From Thermoleophilia bacterium (GTDB lineage: Bacteria; Actinomycetota; Thermoleophilia; Miltoncostaeales; Miltoncostaeaceae), in assembly GCA_046330435.1 (NCBI GenBank), contig JAXLST010000017.1, forward strand, positions 46,450-110,449: DNA of 64,000 nt, in the 5' to 3' direction. Of the stretch, positions 19,229 to 28,279 are shown in pieces (the stretch's first letter is position 1; each line of letters starts with the position of its first letter). Made by a program: the position numbers and the translations under genes. Under the pieces are notes generated by a model that was given only the letters and a program-made list of their open reading frames with translations, made no database searches and was not told the origin of the DNA.

Positions 19229-19813
19229 TCAGTGCGACGAGATGACCCGGTCGACGATCCCGTACTCCCGTGCCTCCTCGGAGGACATGAAGTAGTCCCG
19301 CTCGGTGTCCTGCTTGACCTTGTCCAGCGGCTGGCCCGTGTGGTGGGCCAGGATCTCGTCGAGCTTGGCGCGCAGCTCGATGACCTCGCGGGCGTGGATC
19401 TCGATGTCCGAGGCCTGCCCGGAGAACCCGCTGCTGACCTGGTGGATCATGATCTTCGCGTTGGGCAGCGCCATGCGCTTGCCCTTCGCGCCGCCCGACA
19501 GCAGCAGCGCGCCCATGCTCATCGCGATCCCGACGCAGATGGTCTGCACGTCGGGCTTGATGAACTGCATGGTGTCGTAGATCGCCAGGCCCGCGTACAC
19601 CGAGCCGCCCGGGCTGTTGATGTACAGCGAGATGTCCTTGTCGGGGTCCTCGCTCTCGAGGTGCAGCAGCTGCGCCACGATGAGGTTGGCGATCTGGTCG
19701 TCCACGGGCGTGCCGAGGAAGATGATCCGCTCGTTGAGCAGACGCGAGTAGATGTCGAACGAGCGCTCGCCGCGCGAGGTCTGCTCGATGACCATGGGGA
19801 TGAGCGGGCTCAT
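19229..19813 (-). CDS. clpP: ATP-dependent Clp protease proteolytic subunit
   Basis: [11 protein letters not shown]..., catalytic region GIAMSMGA and MIHQ. AGGAGG SD. Confidence 0.97.
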   Translation of the reverse strand: MSPLIPMVIEQTSRGERSFDIYSRLLNERIIFLGTPVDDQIANLIVAQLLHLESEDPDKDISLYINSPGGSVYAGLAIYDTMQFIKPDVQTICVGIAMSMGALLLSGGAKGKRMALPNAKIMIHQVSSGFSGQASDIEIHAREVIELRAKLDEILAHHTGQPLDKVKQDTERDYFMSSEEAREYGIVDRVISSH

Positions 19814-19828
19814 CTGCGCGGCCTCCTC

Positions 19829-21244
19829 TTAGTCCTTGGAATCCTCGGGCGTGGAGGGATTCGACTCCCCCTCACCCGACTCCTCGCCGGAATCGGCGGC
19901 CGGGGCATCGGCCTCGGCGGGCTGCTCCTGCTCCTGCTCCTCCTCGACCAGCGCGACCGGGACGGCGGACTCCACGAGTGCCTCCACCGCGCGCTGCAGC
20001 CGCATGTCCTCGCGGAGGCGCTCGAAGGCGCCCTCCTTGCGGACCTCGGCGAGGAGCTGGTCCGCGTCGCGACCCATCCGCTCCGCGTCCTCACGCACCT
20101 GCGTCTCGACGTCCTCGTCGGAGACCTCGACGCCATCGGCCTCGATGACGGCCTCCACCACCAGCTCGCGCTTGACGGCCATCTCCGCGTCGGGGCGGAG
20201 CTGGTCGACGGCCTGGTCGAGGGTGCGGCCCGTGGCGGAGAGATACGCCTCGAAGCTCACGCCCTGCGGCAGGGACTGGGCGGTCTGGTTGAGGATCGTG
20301 TTGATCCGCCGGAGGACCATGACCTCCGGCACGTCGACCGTGGCGTTCTCGACCACCGCGTCGATGACGCGGCGCCGGAACATCTCGTCCACCTGGGCCT
20401 GGGCGGCCTTGGTGGCGCGGTCGAGGATGTCGGCCTTGAGCTCGTCGATGGTGTCGAACTCGGAGACCTCGGCGGCCAGGTCGTCGTCGAGCTCGGGCAG
20501 GACGCGCTCCTGCACCTGCTTGATCGTGACCGTGTACTCCATGGTGCGGCCGCGCAGCTCGGGCCGGTTGTCGTCGTCGGCGTACGTCACCTCGTGGGTG
20601 GCGGTCTCGCCGGCCGACAGGCCCTCGAGCTTCTCGTCGAACCCGGCCATGAGGCGCTGCGCGCCCAGCTCGACCAGGTAGTCGCGGGCGGAGGCGGACT
20701 TCATCCGCTTGCCGCCGATCGATCCGTCGAAGTCGATGACGATGAAGTCGCCGCTCTTCGCCGGGCGCTCGACGGGCTCCAGGCGCGACGCGCGCAGCTG
20801 GAGGCGCTCGAGCTCCTGCTCGACGATCCCCTCGGGGACCTCCACCTCGCCCTTGCCGACCTCGAGGCCCTTGTAGGCGCCGAGGGTGGCCTTGGGACGG
20901 GTGCGGACCGTGGCGCGGAACACCAGGTCCTCGCCCTGCTCGGGGACCTCGGTGAGGTCCAGGTCCGGCTCGTCGATGGGACGGATGCCGGACACCTCGA
21001 CGGCACGGTCGTACCAGTCGCCGATCGAGGACTTCAGCGTCTCGTTGAGGACGGTCTCCCGTCCGTACCGCTGGACGACGATGTGGGGCGGGACCTTGCC
21101 CGGCCGGAAGCCGGGGATCCGGACATCCTTGGCCATCTGGGAGAGGGTCCGCCCGAACGCCTCCTCGACCTCGTCACCGGGGACGGTGACGTCGAGTTGG
21201 GCGCGGTCGTCGTCGAGTGTCGTTATCGCAGCGCTTACAGGCAT
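19829..21244 (-). CDS. tig: Trigger factor
   Basis: MPVSAAITTLDDDRAQLDVTVP...RIPGFRPGKVP signature. Acidic C-terminal tail. The ATG lies 5 nt after the tRNA-Leu 3' end. Confidence 0.93.
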   Translation of the reverse strand: MPVSAAITTLDDDRAQLDVTVPGDEVEEAFGRTLSQMAKDVRIPGFRPGKVPPHIVVQRYGRETVLNETLKSSIGDWYDRAVEVSGIRPIDEPDLDLTEVPEQGEDLVFRATVRTRPKATLGAYKGLEVGKGEVEVPEGIVEQELERLQLRASRLEPVERPAKSGDFIVIDFDGSIGGKRMKSASARDYLVELGAQRLMAGFDEKLEGLSAGETATHEVTYADDDNRPELRGRTMEYTVTIKQVQERVLPELDDDLAAEVSEFDTIDELKADILDRATKAAQAQVDEMFRRRVIDAVVENATVDVPEVMVLRRINTILNQTAQSLPQGVSFEAYLSATGRTLDQAVDQLRPDAEMAVKRELVVEAVIEADGVEVSDEDVETQVREDAERMGRDADQLLAEVRKEGAFERLREDMRLQRAVEALVESAVPVALVEEEQEQEQPAEADAPAADSGEESGEGESNPSTPEDSKD

Positions 21245-21249
21245 GCTGA

Positions 21250-21334
21250 TGCGGGTGAGAGGATTCGAACCTCCACGGGGTTGTGCCCCACTAGGACCTA
21301 AACCTAGCGCGTCTACCGGTTCCGCCACACCCGC
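21250..21334 (-). tRNA. tRNA-Leu (anticodon TAG)
   Basis: Folds by hand. Acceptor GCGGGTG/CACCCGC, anticodon stem CTAGG/CCTAG with loop TTTAGGT, long variable arm, T-arm GGAGG-TTCGAAT-CCTCT. No encoded CCA. Confidence 0.9.
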
Positions 21335-21355
21335 CCAGGAGGGCGGCCGGAGGAG

Positions 21356-21429
21356 GGTGAACGATGGGACTCGAACCCACGACCGCCTGGACCACAACCA
21401 GGAGCTCTACCAACTGAGCTACGTTCACC
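21356..21429 (-). tRNA. tRNA-His (anticodon GTG)
   Basis: G-1 plus acceptor GTGAACG/CGTTCAC and C73. Anticodon stem CCTGG/CCAGG with loop TTGTGGT. T-arm GTGGG-TTCGAGT-CCCAT. Confidence 0.9.
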
Positions 21430-21523
21430 GCGACCCGGGGGTCGCCCGGACGGCGGGAGGATAGCGCACCGCCCGCGGCCGGAGCGCGACCATCTGGCAA
21501 GTCGCGTTGCGGATCGGGGGCAG

Positions 21524-21874
21524 GTGATGGGGCACGTGCGTCGCAGGGCGGGGTCCGGCTGGGAGGGCGTCGCCCCGAAGGCCTACGGGAACGGCGCGGA
21601 GCGCCATGTCCTGGCCGGCGCGGCGGACGGGGCCACCCAGGTGGAGCTGCGCGTGTTCCGCATCCCGGCGGGCGGTGCCTCGGCCCTGGAGTCCCACGCG
21701 CACGAGCACGCGATCCTGGTGCTGGAGGGCCGTGCCCGGGTGCTGCTGGGCGGCGCCGAGCACGAGGTGGGCCCCGGGGACCACGTGTTCGTGGGCGCCT
21801 GGGAGGAGCACCGGCTCACCGCCTCGGGGGACGAGCCCCTGGTGTTCGCCTGCACCGCCCCGGTGGACCGCTAG
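21524..21874 (+). CDS. Cupin-domain protein
   Basis: Two-His cupin motifs (ESHAHEHAILVLEG...GPGDHVFV...EEHRL). 116 aa. Confidence 0.75.
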   Translation: MMGHVRRRAGSGWEGVAPKAYGNGAERHVLAGAADGATQVELRVFRIPAGGASALESHAHEHAILVLEGRARVLLGGAEHEVGPGDHVFVGAWEEHRLTASGDEPLVFACTAPVDR

Positions 21875-22879
21875 CTACCGGGCGACGTCCACGACGACCT
21901 TGACCGCCTCGCCGGACCGGGCCAGCCGCAGGGCCTCCCCCGCCTCGGCGAGCGGCACCCGGTGGGTGACCATGGGCGCGGCGTCGACCGCGCCGGAGGC
22001 CAGCAGCTCCAGCGCCTCCCGCGTGTCGAACGGGCCGGCGGAGTAGGTGGAGGTGATCGACACCTCCCGGAACCAGACGGCCCCCAGGTCGACGGGCACG
22101 GGCGTGCCCGGCCTCGGTGGCGCGAACAGCTGCACGGTCCCGCCCGGCGCCGCCAGGCGCAGGCCCGCGTCGATGGCCGCCGCGGAGGTCGTGGTCACGA
22201 ACACCACCTCGGCGCCGTCGCCGCCCAGGGCCTGTCGCGCCGCGTCCACGCCACCCGGCACGAGCGCCCCGGCGTCCCGCGCCATGGCGGCCCGGTGCTC
22301 CTGCGGCTCCACCGCCACCACCGCGGGAGCCCCCAGGGCACGGGCGGCCATGATCTCCAGCAGCCCCATGGAACCGGCGCCCACCACCGCCACACGGGTG
22401 CCCGGCCCCACGCCGGCGGCCCGCTGCCCCCGAAGGATGCAGCCCAGCGGCTCGATGAACGTGGCGGTGACGTCGTCCATCCCCTCCGGCACCGCGAGGA
22501 CGTCCAGGCGCGCGTTCTCGGCGGGCACGCGGATGAGCTCGGCGAGCCCGCCCGGGTCGATCCGGGTCGCGCGGAAGGTGTCGCAGAGGGTGTGGAGCCC
22601 CGCGCGGCAGCGGGCGCACGTCATGCACGGCACGTGGTGGTGCACGAACACGCGGTCGCCGGGGGCGAACGGCGCGCCCTCCCCCGCCGCCTCCACCACC
22701 CCGACGGGCTCGTGGCCCAGCACCAGGGGGGCGCGTGGATCCTGGTACCAGGTCATGAGGTCCGAGCCGCAGATCCCGCAGGCGGCGACCCGCACCAGGA
22801 GCTCGCCGGGCCCGATGGCGGGCACGGGCAGCTCGACGATCTCGACCCGCCCCTCCCCGTGGTACATCGCCGCGCGCAC
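21875..22879 (-). CDS. Zinc-dependent alcohol/threonine/sorbitol dehydrogenase family (MDR)
   Basis: VRAAMYHGEG..., CGICGSDL, GHEPVGVVEAAG, Rossmann GAGSMGLL. GTG 22879 preferred over ATG 22867 because of the family N-terminus. Confidence 0.85.
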   Translation of the reverse strand: MRAAMYHGEGRVEIVELPVPAIGPGELLVRVAACGICGSDLMTWYQDPRAPLVLGHEPVGVVEAAGEGAPFAPGDRVFVHHHVPCMTCARCRAGLHTLCDTFRATRIDPGGLAELIRVPAENARLDVLAVPEGMDDVTATFIEPLGCILRGQRAAGVGPGTRVAVVGAGSMGLLEIMAARALGAPAVVAVEPQEHRAAMARDAGALVPGGVDAARQALGGDGAEVVFVTTTSAAAIDAGLRLAAPGGTVQLFAPPRPGTPVPVDLGAVWFREVSITSTYSAGPFDTREALELLASGAVDAAPMVTHRVPLAEAGEALRLARSGEAVKVVVDVAR

Positions 22880-22939
22880 GGAGGGGTTTCTACACACCGT
22901 TGGCCAGAACCGTCCCAAACGTGCGATTCTGGGCGCACA

Positions 22940-23590
22940 GTGAAGGAACTCGGTCACCTGGGATTCGACGGACGCCCCATCCGCTCGGTCCGCCGTGACG
23001 CCTCCGCCAACCGGCGGAAGGCGGTGGAGGTCGCGCGGGCGCTGTTCGCCGAGCGCGGGCAGCTGGTGACCATGGAGGAGGTCGCCGCGGCGGCCGGCAT
23101 CGGCAAGGGCACCCTCTACCGGGGCTTCCCGGGCCGGGCGCAGCTCGCGCAGGCGGTCCTGGACGACCTCTCACGGGAGCTCCAGGCGGAGCTGCTGGCC
23201 GGGATGGGCCTGGCCGAGGCCTGCCCGGTGGGTGTGCTGCGCGCGTTCCTGCGCCGCGCCTACGCGTTCCGCGTGCAGCACCTGGACCTGTTCCTGATGG
23301 CGCACGACGGGGACCGCGCGGAGATCCGGAACTCGCCGGCGTACCTGTGGGAGCGCCAGGCGGTGGCGGGGCTGCTGCGGCACGCCGCCAACCGGGGCCT
23401 CTCGGACCCCGCCGACCCCGACCTGCTGCCCGACGCGGTCATGGCCCTGCTGGACCCCGACCTCATCCGGCACCACCGCGACGTGCTCGCGGTGAGCGCG
23501 GACCGCGGGGCGGACGCCCTGGTGGACATGGTCTTCGGCGCCGCCCGCATCGGCGGCATGGGGCCCACCGGAGGGATCTCCCGCAACTGA
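22940..23590 (+). CDS. TetR/AcrR-family transcriptional regulator
   Basis: HTH TMEEVAAAAGIGKGTLYRGFPGRAQL. Divergent from the dehydrogenase gene. Confidence 0.85.
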   Translation: MKELGHLGFDGRPIRSVRRDASANRRKAVEVARALFAERGQLVTMEEVAAAAGIGKGTLYRGFPGRAQLAQAVLDDLSRELQAELLAGMGLAEACPVGVLRAFLRRAYAFRVQHLDLFLMAHDGDRAEIRNSPAYLWERQAVAGLLRHAANRGLSDPADPDLLPDAVMALLDPDLIRHHRDVLAVSADRGADALVDMVFGAARIGGMGPTGGISRN

Positions 23591-23663
23591 TCCCGATTGC
23601 GGGATGGCCCCGGGCGCAATAACGTCCGGTCCTCGTCAGAGACTGTCCAGGGTTTGCCCCGGG

Positions 23664-25298
23664 ATGGCGCACGAGCAGCGGGAGACGCAGATCAACCCGA
23701 CCGAGCAGGGCTACGTCCGCATCGGTGAGCTCAGCCGGCGTGTCGGCGTGAGTCACGACACCCTCCGCGCATGGGAGCGCCGCTACGGGCTGCTCAAGCC
23801 GGAGCGCACCGCGGGCGGCTTCCGGCTCTACACCCCCGCCGACGAGATGCGCATCGCGGAGATGCTACAGCTGCTCAAGCGAGAGCTCGCGCCGGCAAGG
23901 AGCCGCGCGCGGTCGCTCGCCGCCGTCGAGACCACCACCCCGGCGCCCACGGTCGGCGACCCATCACGGCGCTGCGCGACGCTGAAGCTTCGACCAGGCG
24001 ACGGCACGCAGGCTCTGGACTACCTCTTCGCCCAGTACGAGCTCGACGTGCTGGTCACGCACTTCCTGCTGCCGTACCTGCGGGACCTCGGCGAGCGCTG
24101 GGCCGACGGCGTCACGGTGGCACAGGAGCACTTCGCCAGCACCGTCCTGCGCTCGCGGCTGCTGAGCCTCGCCCGGGACTGGGACGAGGGCGACGGCCCG
24201 CGGGCCCTGCTCGCGTGCCCCGCCGGGGAGCTGCACGACATCCCGCTCATCTGCCTGGGCCTGGCGCTCCACGGGCGCGGCTGGCGGGTCACGCTGCTGG
24301 GCAGCGACACGCCGACCGTCGACACGGTCGTGGAGACCGCCGTCGCCCTGCGGCCCGACGCCTGCGTGGTCTCCGCGGTCTTCACCGAGCACTTCGAGGC
24401 CGAGCTCGACGGCCTGCGCACGCTGGCCGCCACCACCAACGTCACCATCGCCGGGCCCGGCGCCAACCAGGGCATCGCCGAGGCCGTGGGCTGCGCGGTG
24501 GAGCCCGGGGACCCGGTCACGGTCGCCCGGCGCCTCACCGAGGCGCGCAGGACCACGGCCTGGGTCCCGTCCGGCTCCGGTCCGGCCGGCGAGCAGCAGG
24601 ATCGCGGCGCCGGGCGCGGCGGCCAGCGAGGCGGCGACGATGCCCACCGCGGGCCTCGTCCGCGGCAGGTCGCCGAAGGCGAGGCTGGAGACGAACACCG
24701 ACACGGTGAACCCGATGCCCGCGAGGCCCGCGACGCCCGCGACGTGCGGCCGGATCCCGGCAGGCAGGTCGCCCAGGCCCAGCCGCACCGCCACCAGGTC
24801 CCGAGCGTGACGCCGGCGAGCTTGCCGCCCACCAGCCCCAGCACGACGCCGAGCGTCACGGGGCTGTCGGCCGCCGCCCGCGGCGCGTCCCCGTCGAGCG
24901 GCACGCCGGCCCAGGCCAGGGCGAACAGCAGGGCGACGAACGCCGAGCAGGGGTGCATCACGGCCTCCAGCCGCTCGGCGAGCGGCACGGCCTGCCGGCG
25001 AGGTCGTCCATGCGCCGCCACCCGTACAGGGCCTCGCCCCGCGACGGCCCGGTCCAGGTCCTCCGCGACCCGGCACGCGCCGGCGGCCTCCGCCGGGTCC
25101 GTCAAGGGCCGCACCGGCATGAGCAGGCCCAGGGCGACCCCCGCGATGGTGGGGCTCCGCCCGAGCGGACATGAACGCCCAGCCGCCAGCAGGGCGTACG
25201 GCACCACGAGCCGGACCCGCCAGGCGAGCATCACCCCCACCCCGGCGATGCAGCCCGCCACGGCCAGCAGGTACAGCGGCTCGATGCCGCCCGAGTAG
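23664..25298 (+). CDS. MerR-family regulator with B12-binding domain (LitR/CarH-like). Only about the first 300 codons look genuine.
   Basis: Mer[43 protein letters not shown] helix-bundle motif. B12 motif [10 protein letters not shown]...LLGSDTP. No in-frame stop until 25298, so the ORF tail runs antisense through the nhaA remnant. Confidence 0.7.
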   Translation: MAHEQRETQINPTEQGYVRIGELSRRVGVSHDTLRAWERRYGLLKPERTAGGFRLYTPADEMRIAEMLQLLKRELAPARSRARSLAAVETTTPAPTVGDPSRRCATLKLRPGDGTQALDYLFAQYELDVLVTHFLLPYLRDLGERWADGVTVAQEHFASTVLRSRLLSLARDWDEGDGPRALLACPAGELHDIPLICLGLALHGRGWRVTLLGSDTPTVDTVVETAVALRPDACVVSAVFTEHFEAELDGLRTLAATTNVTIAGPGANQGIAEAVGCAVEPGDPVTVARRLTEARRTTAWVPSGSGPAGEQQDRGAGRGGQRGGDDAHRGPRPRQVAEGEAGDEHRHGEPDAREARDARDVRPDPGRQVAQAQPHRHQVPSVTPASLPPTSPSTTPSVTGLSAAARGASPSSGTPAQARANSRATNAEQGCITASSRSASGTACRRGRPCAATRTGPRPATARSRSSATRHAPAASAGSVKGRTGMSRPRATPAMVGLRPSGHERPAASRAYGTTSRTRQASITPTPAMQPATASRYSGSMPPE

Positions 25299-25804
25299 AA
25301 GACGGCGATCACGATGATCGCCCCGATGTCGTCGATCACGGCGATCGCCAGCAGGAACGCCCCGAGCGTGCGCGGCACCCGGCGGCTCATGAGCGACAGC
25401 ACGCCCACGGCGAAGGCGATGTCGGTGGCCATGGGGATCCCCACCCGCCGGGCCGTCCCCGCCGGCGTTGAACGCCGTGTAGACCAGCGCCGGCACCGCC
25501 ATCCCCCCGAGGGCCGCGAAGAACGGCACCCGCGCGACGCGGCGGTCGGCGAGCTCGCCGATCGTGAGCTCCCGCTTGATCTCGAGGCCCGACGAAGAAG
25601 AACACGGCCATGAGGCCGTCCTTAGCGAGCTTCTGCAGGGTCGTGCGCCGACCAGTCGCCCACCCCGGATGTCGATCCCGGTGCCCACAGGTCGGCGTAG
25701 CTGGAGGCGTGCAGGTTCGCCCACAGCAGCGCCGCGGCGGCGGCCGCGGCCAGCACGAGGCCGCTGGCGGACTCGGTGTGGAGGAACTGCTGCACCGGCT
25801 CCAT
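24575..25804 (-). pseudogene. nhaA: Na+/H+ antiporter NhaA, heavily frameshifted
   Basis: NhaA-like blocks are scattered over all three minus frames: [24 protein letters not shown]; [10 protein letters not shown]; [13 protein letters not shown]...[12 protein letters not shown]; [15 protein letters not shown]...[11 protein letters not shown]; [15 protein letters not shown]. Confidence 0.8.
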
Positions 25805-25936
25805 GAGCCGCCGGGCGCGGGCCGGCGGCGAGGATGCGGGGGCAGGGCGTCCACTCGGGGCGATGGTACCCGCCGCTCCCCCTTTTCAATCCGTGCCCGC
25901 CGGGACACTGGCCCTTCCCTGTAACCCGCCCCCGCA

Positions 25937-27323
25937 ATCGTCTGGTTCCGCCGCGATCTGCGGCTCGCCGACAACCCCGCCCTGCTCGACGCCGCCGAGG
26001 CCAGCCCCGTGGTGTGCCTGTGGGTCGCCGACCCCGTCATCCTGGGCCGCCGCCACCGCCGCCCCCGCGCGGCTGCGGTTCCTGCGCGCCGGCCTGGAGG
26101 CCCTCGACGCGGCGCTGCGCGAGCGGGGATCCCGCCTGGTCGTGCGCAACGGGGACCCGGAGGACGTGGTCCCCGCCGTCGCCGCCGAGTGCGGCGCCGG
26201 CACCGTGCGGTGGGCGCGCGAGGTCTCGCCGCTGGGGCGGGCGCGCGACGTCCGTGTGGCCGCCGCCCTGGAGCGGGCCGGCGTGGCGGGCGTCGAATGC
26301 CCGGGGGACATGGTCGCCTCCCCGGAGGACCTGCCCGGCTCCTCCGGGGAGGGCTACCTGGTGTTCACGCCGTTCAGCCGCGTGTGGATGGAGTCACCGC
26401 TGCCGGCGCACCGCCCGGCGCCGGAGCGCATCGACGGGCCGGAGCTCCCGTCCGACGGCCTGGGCGCCCTGCCGGACGGCGAGCCGCTCATCCCCGCCGG
26501 ACCCGACGCCGCCCGGGAGGTCCTCGTCGACTTCATCCGCCGTGGGGCCGCGGACCGCTACGGCGACGGCCGCAACGCGGTCGCCCACCCCGGGACGTCA
26601 CGGCTGTCGGCCTACCTGCGGTTCGGGATGGTCACCGGCGCCCAGATCGGCCGCGCGCTGGGCCTGCCGGGCGAGATCTCCCGGGGGCGCATGGCGTTCT
26701 GGCGGCAGGTCTGCTGGCGCGAGTTCTACCACCACCATCTGTACCGGCACCCCGAGGTGGCGCGCATGGCGCTGCAGCCCAAGCTGCGGGACGTGCGCTG
26801 GGACCACGACCCGGTGCTGCTGGAGGCCTGGCGCGCGGGCCGCACCGGCTACCCCTTCGTGGACGCCGGGATGCGGCAGCTGGCCGCCGAGGGCTGGGTG
26901 CACAACCGGGCGCGCATGGTGGTGGCCTCGTTCCTGGTGAAGGACCTGCTCATCGACTGGCGTGTCGGCGAGACCGTGTTCATGCAGGGACTCCTGGACG
27001 GCGACCCGGCGAACAACAACGGCGGCTGGCAGTGGACCGCCGGGACCGGGACCGATGCGGCCCCCTACTTCCGGGTCTTCAACCCCGTCCTGCAGGGCAA
27101 GAAGTTCGACCCGGACGGCGCCTACGTGCGGCGGTGGGTCCCGGAGTTGCGGGACGTGCCGGACGAGCGCGTCCACGAGCCGTGGCGCATGACCGAGGAG
27201 CAGCAGCGCGCCGCCGGCTGCGTGCTGGGACGCGACTACCCGCATCGCGTGGTGGACCACGCCGAGCGGCGGGAGGCGGTGCTGGAGCGTTACCGGGAGG
27301 CCGGGGGGACGGCCTCCCGGTAA
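25937..27323 (+). pseudogene. phr: Deoxyribodipyrimidine photolyase (class I CPD type) with a 5' frameshift and no canonical start
   Basis: [17 protein letters not shown] lies in one frame (26009 ORF frame). The remainder lies in the 25776-27323 frame: FLRAGLEALD...TSRLSAYLRFG...TGYPFVDAGMRQL...GWVHNRARM...NNGGWQW. Switch at about 26041-26066. Confidence 0.8.
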
Positions 27324-27334
27324 CGGAACCTTGC

Positions 27335-27370
27335 GCGCCACCGGGCGTGCACGGCACAGCCCCGTGGCGC
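27335..27370. terminator. GC-rich hairpin downstream of phr
   Basis: GCGCCAC...GTGGCGC outer stem with inner pairing around the palindrome CGTGCACG. No U-tract. Confidence 0.35.
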
Positions 27371-27424
27371 TCCAGACGGGCGACGCCCGAGGGGGAGCGG
27401 GCGGCGACGTCCCGAGCCCTGCGC

Positions 27425-27454
27425 GCCACCGGGAGGAGGGGCCGTCCCGGTGGC
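27425..27454. terminator. Perfect 10-bp stem hairpin between convergent genes
   Basis: GCCACCGGGA-(10 nt)-TCCCGGTGGC, 19 nt beyond the stop of the 27473-27904 gene. Confidence 0.45.
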
Positions 27455-27472
27455 ACAAGATCGGCGGCGATT

Positions 27473-27904
27473 CTACGCCACGTACAGCCCGCGGTGCGCG
27501 GGCGGGATCACGTCCTCGAGGTGCTTGTGGGACGGGCAGAACCGGGAGCCCCGCAGCGGCTCGCGGCCGCACGGCTTGCCCTTGCGGTTGATCGACGCGC
27601 ACCGCAGCGCCGTGGCGCGGCCGGCGTCCGGGCCCACCTCGGCCTCGAGCCGCTCGAGGGCCGCCTGCACGTGGTCCTCGATGATGCGGTAGGCCTGCAG
27701 CTGCTCCTGCAGCGGGAAGAGGAACCGCACCTGGGCGAACAGGTGCCGCGCGGGACGGGGGTACCGCCGCAGGTCGCGGGCGATGCGCTCCACGGTCTGC
27801 TCGCAGGCCGCCAGGAGCAGCCGCTCGGACCGGCCGGGCTGGCGCGGGTCGGGGATGACGCTCGGCTTGAGCGCGCGGTACAGGTCACGACTGAGCTCGT
27901 ACAC
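27473..27904 (-). CDS. Hypothetical protein with C-terminal CX9CX10CX2H zinc-ribbon-like motif
   Basis: 143-aa ORF. GGAGG-5nt-GTG. High GC3. C-terminus RCASINRKGKPCGREPLRGSRFCPSHKH. Confidence 0.6.
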   Translation of the reverse strand: MYELSRDLYRALKPSVIPDPRQPGRSERLLLAACEQTVERIARDLRRYPRPARHLFAQVRFLFPLQEQLQAYRIIEDHVQAALERLEAEVGPDAGRATALRCASINRKGKPCGREPLRGSRFCPSHKHLEDVIPPAHRGLYVA

Positions 27905-28011
27905 CTTCGCCTCCGGTCTGCGGCTGGCCGTCCTCCAGGGGACGCAGGTGCAGCGTCTCAGGTGGACCTCATGTGTGTCAAGAGCTTGTCCAGGGTTTGT
28001 CTGAACTCTGG

Positions 28012-28188
28012 TCAGCCCTCTGAGGTCTCGTTACCCCCCTCCCACGCCTCCGTAACGTCCAGCCTGCCGGGCTGCTCCTCGGCCAGGTTCCGGAAGCCCG
28101 CGAACGGACCCGCCGGGCCCGCGCCGGGCCAGCCGTCCGGGATCTCGCGTGCGATCCCCGTGGTCGCGACGGTCGGGTCGTCGCCCAT
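28012..28188 (-). CDS. Small acidic hypothetical protein (58 aa)
   Basis: GGGAGGTG-6nt-ATG. Strong GC3 bias across the ORF. Confidence 0.45.
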   Translation of the reverse strand: MGDDPTVATTGIAREIPDGWPGAGPAGPFAGFRNLAEEQPGRLDVTEAWEGGNETSEG

Positions 28189-28279
28189 GGTGCCCACCTC
28201 CCGCATAGGTGATCTGCGGGCGAGCGTGACACCCGTGCCCGGGCCGGTCAACGGGGCTTCCCCCGAACCGTGCGAACGG

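Noticed and set aside
19229-19813. Single clpP next to clpX, whereas many Actinobacteria carry a clpP1-clpP2 pair here
   Set aside because: A second clpP may lie elsewhere in the genome, and single clpP loci are common in other lineages. Not interpretable from this window.
22904-22932. CCAGAA-N17-TTCTGG inverted repeat between the dehydrogenase and TetR genes, considered as a TetR operator
   Set aside because: Only 6-bp arms with a long spacer. This could easily arise by chance. Not strong enough to list as a feature.
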